Assembly: GCA_052327205.1 (NCBI GenBank)
Contig: CM126211.1
Span: forward strand, 35,588,001-35,652,000
Reading direction: 5' to 3'
Origin: Somniosus microcephalus
Lineage: Eukaryota
Length of the DNA stretch: 64,000 nucleotides
Shown here piece by piece: positions 48,976 through 61,879 of the stretch (positions within the stretch are counted from its first letter, which is position 1; the number at the start of each line of letters is the position of its first letter). The notes beneath the pieces were generated by a model, which saw only the letters and a list, made by a program, of their open reading frames with translations, was not told the origin of the DNA and did no database searches. Position numbers and translations under genes: made by a program.

Positions 48976-51900
48976 TGTTGTGTCCGTGTGTTAATGGAGA
49001 CACGGAATGCAGGAGTTGGTTTAACAGGTGTTTACTGAACAAAGTCTGGAGGTGAACTAAAAGAGAAAAGACACTATACAGGCTTATATAGCCCGAGTGG
49101 CCACTACCGGCATTACAGTACACAGGGGCTCTTAAAGGCACATACACCACAATTCCTCCCCTTTTAGACAACCAGTACATAACATTTTAAGTAATTGTTA
49201 TTAACATGTGTACAAGAACAATAATCTACACATTTGCTGCAGTTAATCAATTATAAGTCAGTCTCTCTGGAGGCTTCCTGACTCGGTCCGGATAACGCCT
49301 CGGTGGTGTAGTAGTTTTCGGTGGTGTAGTAGGTTCTTTTGGCAAGGTCAATTCGGCTTGAATGCCAGTGTTGGGTTCATCTGGTTCCAGTATTACCGGA
49401 TTGGAGGTAGATACTATGGGTATCTCTGCTTCATCATTAGGCGTATAGAGTGGTGGTGTAGGTTGTCCCTTTTCGGATGACTCTATGATCTGGTCAGCAT
49501 AGCGCCTTATTATGCTTTCTCCAATGTCCACGGTATACTTCAGCGATCCTAGTCATGTGCAAATAGTTCCAGGCTGCCATTTCTCGGTACGGTAGTCCCG
49601 GGCCAAAACTTGCTGACCTATCTGGAAGGCTCTAGTTGGCCTTTCATTCATGCCTAGAAATTTTCGGTTCGCTACGTCCCTTCTGATGTTTGGCTTGATT
49701 AAATCCAGCCGGCATCTTAGTCTTCTATTGAATAACATCATGGCGGGAGTTTGGTTTGTAACCACATGTGTTGCATTCCTGTATGCAAACAAGAAGTTAT
49801 CTACCTTATGCTGTAGATTTATGTCTTCATTACCCATGGCCTTTATGGCCTTCTTGAAGATCTGGACAAACCTTTGAGCCAATCCATTGGTGGCGGGATG
49901 GTATGGGGCGGACGTGTAGTGCTTAACCCCATTGTTTTTTAAGAACTTCCTGAATTCTTCGGACACAAATTGTGGTCCATTATCAGAACAGATCTGTTCA
50001 GGCAGCCCATTCCTGGCAAATATGGTCCTTAATACTGTGATGGTTTTTTCCGTGGTGGTGGAGGACATCTTTATTGCCTCCGGCCACTTGGAGTGTGCAT
50101 CAACCGCGATTAAGAACATTGAGTCCATAAATGGACCAGCAAAGTCGATGTGTACCCTTTGCCATGGAGATGAGGGCCACTCCCATGGATGTAGAGGGGC
50201 TTGTGGTGGGGTGTTTTGGACCTTCTTGCATCCTAGACAGCCCTTGGTCATTTCTTCGATGTCTCCATCGATACCTGGCCACCATACAAATGCTCTGGCT
50301 AGGTTCTTCATTTTCACTCCACCCAGATGCCCCTCGTGAAGCTCCTTTAGCACTTTATCCTGGAGTTTGGGTGGAATCACCACTCTGGATCCACACATCA
50401 AGGTTCCTCGGCACACTGACAGCTGTTCCCTTCTTTGCGAGAATGCTGGCAACAGTGGTTCGCCATGTGCTGGCCATTCCTTCACCGTTAAATCGTAGAC
50501 TCGTGAGAGAGTCGGGTCATTTCTCGTTTCCTTTTCAATGGTAGAATTTGTTACTGGTAGACATTCCACTATGGTTGAGTGGAACATTTCCACTAGGTCC
50601 AGTGTATGTGCCTCTTCTACCGTTGGCAACGGTAGACGCGATAAACCGTCAGCATTTCCATGCTGTTTTGATCCTTTGTATTCTATGTCATATTGGTGTG
50701 CCCCTAGGAAAAGGGACCACCTCTGTAGCCTTTGCGCTGTCATAATGGGAACGCCCTTTTTAGGGTTGAATATGGAGACGAGGGGTTGATGGTCAGTCAA
50801 CAAGGTAAATTTTTGTCCGTGTAGGTAATGGTTGAATTTCTTCACTCCCCATACCAGGCTGAGTGCTTCCCTGTCGATCTGGGCATTGTTACGCTCAGCT
50901 GAGTTCAATGAGCGTGATGCAGAAGCTATCGGCCGCTCCGAGCCATCAGGGAATATATGCGATAATACCGCTCCTACGCCGTAAGGGGATGCATCACACG
51001 CCAGTCTGATTGGCAGTGATGGGTTGTAATGAGCCAAAACTTCCTTGGACGTGATCAAGCCTTTACATTTATGGAAGGCATGTTTACAGTCTTCGATCCA
51101 TTTCCAAATTAGTCCCGTTTGTAGCAGTTTATTAAGAGGGTGCAGAACAGTTGACAAGTTCGGTAAAAATTTATGATAGTAATTTATCAATCCCAGGAAT
51201 GACCTTAATTGTGAGACATTTTCAGGTGCTGGGGCTTTTATGACCGCTTCAATTTTTTCAGGTGACTTATGCAACCCTTCTTCGATAATTATGTGGCCAC
51301 AATATGATATTTGTTTCTGGAAAAATTCGCACTTGGGACGATTTGCTCATAGGCCCCGTTCTCTCAGCCTAGTGAGTACCTGCTCCAAATTGGCAAGGCG
51401 CTCGTTGTCGTTTTCTCCTGTCACAAGGATGTCGTCTAGGTAGCATTGAGTCCCCGGAATCCCTTGCAGGACTTGCTCCATAGCCCTTTGCCAGATAGCT
51501 GGAGCTGATGCCACTCCGAAAACCAGTCGATTGTACTGGTACAGGCCTTTGTGTGTGTTTATCGTGAGATACTTTTTAGAGGCCTCCTCAACCTCCATCT
51601 GTAGATATGCCTGTGCCAAGTCAATTTTGGTGAAACATTTCCCTCCGGATAGTGAGGCGAAAATATCTTCTATCCTCGGAAGAGGATACTGTACCGTGTG
51701 AAGGACCGGGTTTACAGTCACCTTGAAGTCCCCACAGATGTGAATTTTTCTCTGTTCTTCAGATTTATCATTATTCTACGTTTTCTTCATGACCGGGATG
51801 ATGGGTGTTGCCCACTCGCTCCAATCTATCTTGGATAACACGCCTGCTTTTTCCAAATTCTCCAGCTCTGCCTTGACTGCTGGACGAATTGCGTATGGCA

Positions 51901-53755
51901 CCGGCCTTGCCTTAAAAAACTTGGGAATTGCCGCATCTTCCACTTTTATTGAGGCGGTGACGCCTTTCAAGGTCCCTAGTTCCTGTTGAAACACTTCTTT
52001 GGCGTTGGCCAAGATGTCTTATAATCGTTCAGGTTTGATGTCATCATCATTTTTTTTCTCACTGGTCACCATCAGTGCCTGAATGGAGTGCCAGTCTAAA
52101 CGTATCTTCCTGATCCATTCACGTCCCAACAGCGGTGGACCACCATCTTGCAGAACGTATAAATACAACTTCTGTATTTCCTTGCCGTTGTATACAACAG
52201 GCACCCTTATTTTCCCTCTGGGGTATACTTTCTGCCCCGTATATGTCTTCAAGATAATGGATGTGTCTTTCAAAGGTATATGCGGAAATAGCCGCTCGTA
52301 ATCCCGTCGACTTATGACGGTCAGAGCTGATCCTGTATCTAGCTCCATTTTAACTGGGGACCCCGCTATTGTGAGGGTAACCCAAATGGTCTCGTAATCT
52401 TCTTTGGCAATTACATTATGTAATTTGAGAGAGCTTAGTCTCTTGTTTCCGGAATCGCTATCGCTCTTCTGGTCTTCGGAGCTACTGTCCGTCTTCATTT
52501 GTACCTTTCTGTACATTTCCTTATTGATTTTTTTTCTGTCAGTGGATTTTTTGTTTCCAGACCGGCATACACATGTAATGTGTCCCATCTTTCCGCATTG
52601 CCTGCATGCTTTGTCCTTGAACCAGCAGTCCCTCTGGTAATGGGTGGATCTGCCGCAGCGATAACATCTCTCGAAACCCCGTGTCATGTCATGGGTGCCG
52701 CAGTCCTGTGGCTTTTGCTGTATCTCTGCAGCTCCTCTTGCTGCTGCTTCGTATGATACAGCTGCACTTAAAGCCTTGTCCAGTGTCAAATCTTTCTCAG
52801 AAAGTAGCCTTTTTTGTGTTCCTTCACTTAGGAGACCGCAGACGAATTTGCCTGGTAGAGAATCTGCCAATCCTGCCCCGAATTGGCAGTGTAGGGTATC
52901 AACAATCTCCTTAAAATTCTTGTCCATCAGTTTGGCTGGAGTGATTAAGTTTCGTAACAGCCTGTATGTCCTTGTGCCCATTAGATTTAGAAGTACCGAT
53001 GCCTTTTTATCATCCTCTATTTCATTCGCTGTGCAATATACCTCCACTCTTTCCACATATGTGGTCCAATCCTCTATATCGCTATCGAAAGCAGTAATAT
53101 TGCCAGTCTTAGGCATCCTGAAAAAAAATGGCGCCACCCGCGCTTTCCTTTCTTCCCCGCAGAAAAAAATGGCACCTCCTGCGCTTTCCTGCCGCTGCCG
53201 CTTCTGACTACGCTGTTCTCCGCGGTTTTTATTTACATAGGTATTTTTAATAGGTGGAGACTCATTCCCGCCGGACTCTCTGGGACTTTTCCCTCCCTCT
53301 GCTTGGTCCGAACGCCGACCTGCTTTGCAGCGCCGGCCGTCTCCCGAGTGCTCCACCCTCTGTCTCTGTTTGCCTCCGCCTTCGCTGCTCGGCCCCGCTG
53401 CAGTGCCAGCCGATGGAGCCCCAGCCCGCCGCCCAGGAGGGATTATTGCAGTACCTGGTGAAACCACAGTTTTTAAAAAAAAAAATTCTTTCTTGTTTTT
53501 CTTCGACTTTCATCTGAGGAATCGATCTCCTTGAGGTGCTGCCGAATTGCAGGTAAGTCCGTTTCCAATTCTTCGCCACTGTTGTGTCCGTGTGTTAATG
53601 GAGACACGGAATGCAGGAGTTGGTTTAACAGCTGTTTACTGAACAAAGTCTGGAGGTGAACTAAAAGATACAAGACACTATACAGGCTTATATAGCCCGA
53701 GTGGCCACTACCGGCATTACAGTACACAGGGGCTCTTAAAGGCACATACACCACA
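48976..53755 (-). mobile_element. Gypsy LTR retrotransposon G3 (same family as G1)
   Basis: LTRs 48976-49151 and 53580-53755, TSD AAGGT, near-identical to G1. Confidence 0.95.
49247..53116 (-). pseudogene. gag-pol of G3
   Basis: Same domains as G1; stops, and an in-frame deletion in gag (EIVDTL joined to HCQFG). Confidence 0.92.
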
Positions 53756-54769
53756 AAGGTAAAGTTTGTCAGGGTTCCCACTCCTGATCATTATTCGCTG
53801 ACCTCTGTTCAAATGTATGCATTTTCAGCATCATGCACAGGTGTGATATTGCCATGGTTAAATACTTTAACAATGTTCACCATTTTCATAACTATGGATG
53901 GCTGTGAGAGAAATGCATGCAATTCTCATACAGTAAACCACCTCTTAACTTGTAAATATGCCTACTGTGTTAATTAGTGATGTTGACAACTTCCCCATAT
54001 TCTTTGGACTCATGGCACTTGATGAAACCTGCTCCCAAGTCTTGACAAGAACACTTTCCACACAAAAAATTGTAGTGGATTTTTATTATCCAAACATTGT
54101 GCATAAGTGCCCACTGTTTGCTACCACGGTGCTTCCCTTTGTTGACAGTCCATGACACAAGTTCTCTTAACCTTAAACATCTACTTCTACTAGGCACTGT
54201 CTCAATGGCAGGAGTCGATGAGGTGTGTGCCTGTTGTGTGCCAATAGAGATCTCTTGGGATTATGCTGGCCTCCTGGCAACTGTGTCCTGAGATGAATCT
54301 GCTGCAAGATGTGCCAATTTTGGTACTGTGTGGGCAACCTGGCCCTATGTAATTTCTCCATCTGTGAAGACATTGGAGGTCGCGAGTAGAAGGGTTTAGA
54401 TGTGCTGGTGTCCTGAGAGACAGAGCCATCCTCCATGATGATTCAGCTATGTTCCTGGTATTAGGCACTGCCTCCCCACTGACTTGCATGGCAGCAAACC
54501 TAACGTCACCATTGAGATCAGAGAAGCCATCCCCCAAGATTCTCTGTCAATCATATCGAAGAAGCAACCTATTCCAATTTGGCACTCAGTCCTCTCTGTG
54601 TGCAGGCTGAGCATCTGTGGGAGAAGCACTGACTGCCTTGAGGGCCTATGGCATGGGAGGCCCCCAATGTTGACAACAATACTTAATGCTCTAAAAGTAT
54701 CCTTTTAAAAGCAGAATCTATGAGTTGCAGATCTGCAAAGCTCCTTCTCATTCTGTGGTATCAAATTAA

Positions 54770-54862
54770 ATAATACATCAAACTCTTTCACAATCTCAGG
54801 ATGTCACAAACTGCTTTATAGCTGATGAAAAACTTTTGAAGAGTAGTCACTGTTGTAATGTT
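54770..54862 (-). mobile_element. SINE 3' fragment (family of 17828-18271)
   Basis: ctttcacaatctcaggatgtcacaaa...acttttgaagagtagtcactgttgtaatg resembles 17855-17929. Confidence 0.6.
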
Positions 54863-56179
54863 CCTGATGACTCATGCCGTGTATCTTAACCTCTGCGCTC
54901 CTCTGTCTCTCAAAGTCACCCAGGATGGATGTATATCAGCCAGTGTCTGATATGAGTGACAATGTATGATGTAACCCCGTCATCTGGCACTTTTAAAAAA
55001 GGAGAAGAGGAAGATATTAATGTCCTGATGAGCATTCGTCACATCTAGTTTTCAGTAGCAGGAATAACATGATAAAGTGCTTCAATATATGCTTTGCTGT
55101 CACTTAGTGAATTAGGGAATAGGATAAGAAGGTAGAGCAGCAGAAGTTAGAAACAAACCTTGAGCTGGCAACTACCTTCCTAATTCCCTATCCATGGAAG
55201 CATCTATGACCTGTCTTCCAATGATTCCAAGGGTTTCTTCCTCATAGAGGGTGTGCATTCGAAAGTTTAGGGATCCACTACCTGTCATTGATGTCTCATG
55301 GTTGTTTTGGTTTAGATTCTGCAAGAAAAAGACAAGAAGTGAGAAGCATTAATGTAAGGTACTAGAAGGCTCTCCTAACTTGGCTGTCCTGGTAAGGTCA
55401 ATGGATTTTTGTCTGCACTACTTTCAGGTGTACAGAGGCCTATTCTTTCCAGAGCCCATGCCACTCACTACCTCACCTTTTGAAGAAGAATCTCAATGGC
55501 CCTAGTAAAGAAGCAGGCCACTTTGTAGCCTACTTTACTCCTTCCAGCCATTTTATTGGACAAAAGCTTGATTGTTTCACAATCACTTCAGGATACCTGT
55601 CCCTCTAGGCTACTGAAGGCTATTCAATCCTGCAGTGACCTGCAATTTCTCACACCCACTGGGCAAGCTCTCAGAGGTATTCTCTACGCCTGGAGCTTTC
55701 CCCTTATATTTCAGTTAAGCTGACCACGGAAATTTGTGCAACTTCAGAGTTATGAAAGTCAAACCAGTCCGATTTGTACATGACCTGATTTATGGTCAGG
55801 TTTATGACCAATCGAAAAAATCTATCTACTGTATTGCATTTATGAAAGAAGTGATCAGGGGAGAAAACTGGAAAAAATCTAAAGAAGGGCTACCAAGGTA
55901 CAATCTATCACTTTTATACCAAACACTAAAGCTGTTAATTACCTTTTACTGTGGGGTTTTGTAACTACTGGGAACTATCCGTAGGTTCACTCTGTAAGAC
56001 CCTTACTCCTGAGACCACCAGGTTACTGGTTCGTAGTTGAAATTTACGAGAAATTTCGCAAGACACATGGGTTCCATCTTTAAGATTTTATTGTCCTTAC
56101 GACAGACTCAAAACCCCTATCACTATTGCTATGAATTCAAGCAATACACCAATAATGTTACAAGAGATCATACATATGA

Positions 56180-57228
56180 GAGTAGAATGGCAGTTAACAT
56201 AAAAGGGAACCCAAAAATCTCCTACCGGCATGTAAACAGTAAGCAGGTAGTAAGAGGCGGGGTGGGGCCTATTAGAGACATATGCTTAGAGGCGCAGGGC
56301 AAGGCTACAATACTCAATGAGTACTTTACTAAGGAGGTGGATGCTGACAAAATATTGGTAGAAGTGGAAAAGCTAGAAGCAATGGAAGGGGTGAAAATTG
56401 ATGTACTAGAAAGGCTGGGTAGGCTTAGAGCAGACAAGTTGCCTGGTCCAGATGGCTTGCATCCCAGGTTGCTAAGGGAGTTGGAGGAGGAGATAGCGGA
56501 AGGGCTTGCCATATTTTTCCAATCTTACCTAGATGCAGGGAAGGTGCCTGAGGATTGGAAAGTGGCAAATGTGACACCATTGTTCAAGAAAGGGTGTAAG
56601 GACAATCCTAGTAGCTACAGGCCGGTCAATTTAACATCAGTGGTGGGTAAAGTTTTAGAAAAAATAATCAAGGAACAAATTAACGGGCATTTGGAGAGGT
56701 TTAAGCTAAATGAAAGCCAAAACGGGTTTGTAAAAGGAAGATCGTGTTTGACTAATCTAATTGAATTTTTTGATGATGTAACAGAAAGGATTTATAAAGG
56801 GAATGCAATGGATGTTGTCTACATTGTTTTTTCAGAAGGCATTTGACAAAGTATCACATAGAAGGCTGGTTAACAAAATTGAGGCTCATGGAATAGGTGG
56901 GTCAGTGGCAGCTTGGATAGGAATTCGCTTAAGGACAGAAAACAGCGAATTGTGGTAAATGGTTGTTGTACAGACTGGAGGATGGTAGACAGTGGTGTTC
57001 CTCAAGGGTCAGTGCTGGGGCCACTGCTTTTTTTGTGATATATAAATGACCTGGATATTGGAATACAGAGTAGAATTTCTAAATTTGCCGATGACACCAA
57101 ACTTGGGGGTGTGGCAAACAGTGATGATGATATCAATTGACTGCAACAGGACATAGAAAGGCTAGCAGAATGGGCAAACAAGTGGCAGGTGGAATTTAAT
57201 ACAGAGAAGTGTGAGGTGGTGCATTTTG
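56180..57228 (+). mobile_element. CR1-clade LINE ORF2 fragment (RT)
   Basis: PGPDGLHP, VPEDWKVANVTPLFKKG, YRPVNLTS, GVPQGSVLGP and FADDTKL motifs; frameshifted and truncated. Confidence 0.9.
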
Positions 57229-58200
57229 GCCCGGGTCATGGGGAAAGAGATCTATTGTCGTCTCCTTTTATAGAGGGCATTTGTGACCTGACGGATGCAG
57301 CAATGGACCGCGAACTGGGAGATATTGGCGATGTCCCCAGTAGCTGCTTGAAAGGATCCGGTGGCATAAAAGTTCAGAGCCACTGTGATCTTCACTGCCA
57401 CTGACAGAGACGTCCTGGACCTCAGTAGAGGCTGCAGATCTGGCTGCAGCAGGTGGCAGAGCTCAGTGACCACCTCCTTACTGAAGCGCAGCCTTCGCAA
57501 ACACTGCTCCTCAGACATATTAATGTCGGAGAATTGTTGGCGAAATACCCTGGGAGGGTAAGGTCTCCTGTACAGAGGCCTGTTGGCCCTCTTCCGTCTG
57601 GCCATGATTGCCACTCTCTCTCTCTGTGTCTCTGTGGCCTCTGATTCTGATGGTGCAGGACGACGCCCCCAATCAGTGCAGCCCCCAAAGTCTCTTGGCA
57701 ATCAAAGTAATGAAGGTCAAAACCAAAGTACCTGCAAAGTGATGCTCAGTAGCCAAAACTACTTCATTGAGCGTTGACTCAATGCAGAAGTCTCTCTTTC
57801 TCTCTCTCAGAATCTCTCTCTCTCTCTCAGAACGAGTGGTGCAAAAATGTCTACCACAGAAAAAGCCAGGAAGAGGCCCCCTTTAAATAGCACCTCCCCC
57901 CAGCACCACAGTGACTGGGAAATGTTCCAGGCTACCTGTGATTGCTTGCGCCAAGTGGAAAGGAGGGGGGCGCCACTCAATTTCCATTCCGGGGCACCAA
58001 AGGGCATTGCACGCTCGAATGACATCAAGATCTGCGTGCGCAGGAGATCGGGGCAGTATTGTTTAGCGCCACTGCAAAATGTCTGGTTAATTTCGCGAGA
58101 GGAGCAGATATCGCCGCGCTGGGGCGCTAGTTGCTATACGCCCCATTAGCGCCCTCTTAAGGTGCTAACGGGAGTTGCAAATCAACTGAGTTTTTCCCCC
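57229..58200 (-). mobile_element. Harbinger D remnant (one end plus transposase N-terminus)
   Basis: 57252-57701 encodes MSEEQCLRRLRFSKEVVTELCHLLQPDLQP, close to element A; end GGGGGAAAAACT at 58200. Confidence 0.85.
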
Positions 58201-58249
58201 TGACTGTATGACGTACAACCACCCACAGATGATCAGTCCAGCATTGATT

Positions 58250-58452
58250 GTAGGTCCTCGTAGGCGAGATGACTGGCCAGGTCACCTCCTTCTGACTGCA
58301 GCAGGCCCTCGTAGGTGAGATGACTGGCCAGGTCACCTTTTGACTGCAGCAGGTCCTCGTAGGTGAGATGACTGGCCAGGCCACCTCCTCCTGACTGCAG
58401 CAGGTCCTCGTAGGCGAGATGACTGGCCAGGTCACCTCCTTCCGACTACAGC
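58250..58452. repeat. 48-51-bp minisatellite (4 copies)
   Basis: ggtcctcgtagg(c/t)gagatgactggccaggtcacctcc...gactgcagc repeated. Confidence 0.9.
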
Positions 58453-60139
58453 GCTGATATCTTTTAGTCACTGTCTTTTATACAGTTCTTGTTCTTCTCC
58501 ATAAATTTCCATCATGCAGGGGCTGTGAGGGGTGTTCCACCAATGTTCTGCTTAAGTTGTCTGAGCTGTCAATCTCTCAAACATACACATCTTGTGTCTG
58601 CTGACCGTTGTTATTTGCAGATGTGGTCGGCCGACCATTTGGTCACAATGCACATTGTGCAAAACTCGTTTACTGGTGTCCTGTTTTGCAGAACTCCCAA
58701 GGTCTTTCTCCTCCCTTCAGCTGCAGATGTCTGGTTTCATGACCCCTGGGGCCCCAAGGCCATTCACACCATTTGCCTGAAGATGTACCTGTCTTTGTAA
58801 GGCCCAACCATTTGTTCCTGCTCAGGGTCTGTCACTTCCTTGTTACTGATTAACAGCTTGTAGCCTTCACAGCTCATAGTTGCAGCAGTTTATTCAGCAC
58901 ATGCTTATTTTCTTACAACTCTCAAACCAAATCATCATTATTGCTATTTATAGAGATATCAAAATTTAAGGCTCCATTTTCATTGTCACAGTTCTGTTAC
59001 ATCTCCCATTGTGCAATGACAAGTTTGGAACTTAGTGTTTTTTATGTGGAGTATACATAACACTATGGGAAATCTGCTGTCATTTGGCAATCCAGTACAT
59101 TTTTTTCCAAGTCTTTATATGGTACAACTAAAGTCAATATTGTGTGACACCTATTCTTCTTTCATCTGTCTCCATCTTGTTTCAGGTCAAGTATTATATG
59201 AAAAAAATCATTTTTCAGTGGATTTGCAACAGAAGTGTTATCTTTTAAGAATACAACTGGCCAATCAGATACTGCATTGAAATACTTGGGCAAAAATCAT
59301 GTTTCCCATTTCAGATCAAAGCACAAAGGAAAGCAATCCTACCACAGGTCTAAACGGAGTTCATTGGCTGTAAGAATGACTTTGTAGAGCAGATTCAGTT
59401 CTAGTTACAGGGTGAGCTTTGATAACATGAATTACAAAATAAGAAGCAGATCAGTCAACCTGATAGTTGGTGTGCACTGTAGTGATGAGCGGAGCATAGT
59501 AAAGTGCCGCATTCATTACCAACAAAGATACGCATTAGTGAATAGGCAATGCTCATTTCAAATTAATGGCTGCACTTTTCCCATCATGTAGAGAAAATAA
59601 AAAACAGGTTGCAATAACTTGACAAATCAGCATAATGCAAATGGGAAATCATCATTTATCCAACAGAGGTATTCAATGTCATCAGAAAGGCAAGGGAGTC
59701 GAGAAGGAACTATTTGGTCTGACTAACAGATAACAAATAAAGATTTATTCTGCTTGACATGAGCCAACTGTAGTTAGTTATGATGATATTATTTTTTAAT
59801 AATTCCCAAAACACAATATTTATAAATCCAGAGGAAGCACAATAACAATTTCAGAGAAATGCAACTAACAATAACAAATATATCATTGTGGTATCTTGAG
59901 TATGATATGCAATTTAGGTGAATTGAAAGCTCTAAGTAGTGCACATTGTACATCACAAGCCATTAAAGTTTCCATATTAATTTCTGAAAATGATTCTCCG
60001 GAGCAGACTTAAATTTTATAACTATTCTCAGTTGTGCAAAAAGTATTGAAACAACATTTAAAAATATTTATGTAGATTATCCTGCAAATGTGCTCATTAA
60101 CATGAACTACTGTGTATTGCTCACTGTAGTAGAAAGGGA

Positions 60140-60796
60140 GAGAACATCCCCTAGAGGGCCACTTGAGGCACTAAGTCAAAAATGTTTGAAAAGTTAGCAT
60201 CAGGCGCTAACCTTTTCAATAATTTGAGAAACTCCCATTTTTTGCTCCAAGAGGGAAGTGGGCTGCTAAATCCAGTGCTCCACTTGTCTCTAGGAGCACA
60301 AGAGGCGGGAAATGTCCCGATTTGGTGCGATGTGCTCAACATCGCCACATGTGGCCACGTGTGGTGCTGCCACATTGCAGGGGCTCTTCCCTTAATTAAA
60401 GGGAAGGGCTCCCCGCTGTGAACTCTGCATTTTTTTATTGGCATCTGCTGGAGCACCGGGGTGCGGGACTGCCACGCGATCAGCCCTAAAGCTGAGTGCC
60501 GGGGCTGACTGATCGTGGCATTCAGACCGCGTCCGGTGTTCAGAAATATTTTTTTGAAATCGACGATTTTTTTAAGTCAGGGGGCCATCGCACCTTTAAA
60601 TGGTGCCCCATGAGCGTCTGGCCTCAGTATTTGAGGCGCTACAGGGGCGCGGTGCCCGGCGCCCAGAGATGACATCATCATCTCTGGGCGCAGAAGATCG
60701 GGCGATACCCGGTAGCACCGCCTTTAACCTCCCACGGAATTTCACGGGAGGCTCGGGGGAGCGAAAAGCCATTTTTAACGATGGGAATTTCACCCC
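60140..60796 (-). mobile_element. GC-rich MITE (Harbinger-type)
   Basis: Ends ...GGGAATTTCACCCC; inverted homolog of 60979-61490; left boundary approximate. Confidence 0.65.
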
Positions 60797-60978
60797 AGTG
60801 CTTTGCTTTGTGAAACAGACTAATTAATAAATGTTACTCCCACTTAGATAGATGCCTTGTGCTTGACAATCAGATAAGTTACTTGCCACCATTACAAATG
60901 GCTGTTTCCTGTGCTGAAGTGGTAGCAATGCCTGTTGTGGAAGCCCAAGTGTATAATCCTTGGATAGGAGAGAATAAG

Positions 60979-61490
60979 AGGGTGTAATTCCCCTTGTTGG
61001 CGCCACTGGTGGGAGGCGCTAATGGGTCACAAATGGCTTTACGCCCCCCCCCCCGGCGAGGCAATAACCGCGCCTTCCGCAGAATTCTGCGGGAGGTTAG
61101 CGGCGGCATTGCCGGGTATCACCCCGATCTTCTGCGCCCGGAGATCATGATGTCATCCCCGGGTGCCATGCCCCGGTAGCGCCACGGGAGAAAAATTCCC
61201 CTCGCGCCCCGCAGCAGCACCGGGCGATGTTACCGGCTGCTGCAGGGGTCGCAAACATTGAGGTTGGCTCTTCGCGGGGAGCCATTTAAAGGCACGGTGC
61301 TCTAACAGATGCCAAAAATAAATGCAGAGCTCACAGTGGGGAGCCTTCCCTTAAATTGAGGGAAGAGCCCCTGCAATGTGGCAGCATCACGCGTGGCTAC
61401 ATGTGGTACTGCTGAGCACATCGCACCGGATTGGGACATTCCCCGCCTCTTGCACTCCAAGGGGCAAGTGGAGCGCTTGATTTAGTCGAA
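60979..61490 (+). mobile_element. GC-rich MITE, truncated, same family as 60140-60796
   Basis: Starts AGGGTGTAATTCCC; gggaagagcccctgcaatgtggcagca is the reverse complement of 60365-60392. Confidence 0.65.
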
Positions 61491-61879
61491 TTTTCAACAT
61501 TGCGAATCATCAGTTGTCAACTCTTATGTAAACAGTAGGGTGTGATTTTTTTTACCTGGGAAGTAGCCTGGGTTATTACCTCCATTAACTGTAACACAAT
61601 TTGCCACCTTGTAGTCAATCATTTTTGACTACTTTTCCTAGGCGTTTATTTGTGAGACTTAAAGAACGGTGTCTTTGAGGAATTTAAAGAATCAGGATTT
61701 TCATTTCATCAAAGGGTGAGGAATAAATCAAGATGTAATGATTCGGTCAGTGCATTGCAAGACAAATGAAGGTTGTGTGCTCTGAAGACGTGATCTATAG
61801 GGAGTTGACAAAAGAAGAGTTGAATCATCAGTAAAAGAATGGCTAGGGTTGGAAGATGAGTAGACGAGATCAATGTTCT

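Noticed and set aside
55993-56162. Small solo LTR (TGTAAG...TTACA)
   Set aside because: No convincing TSD or second copy
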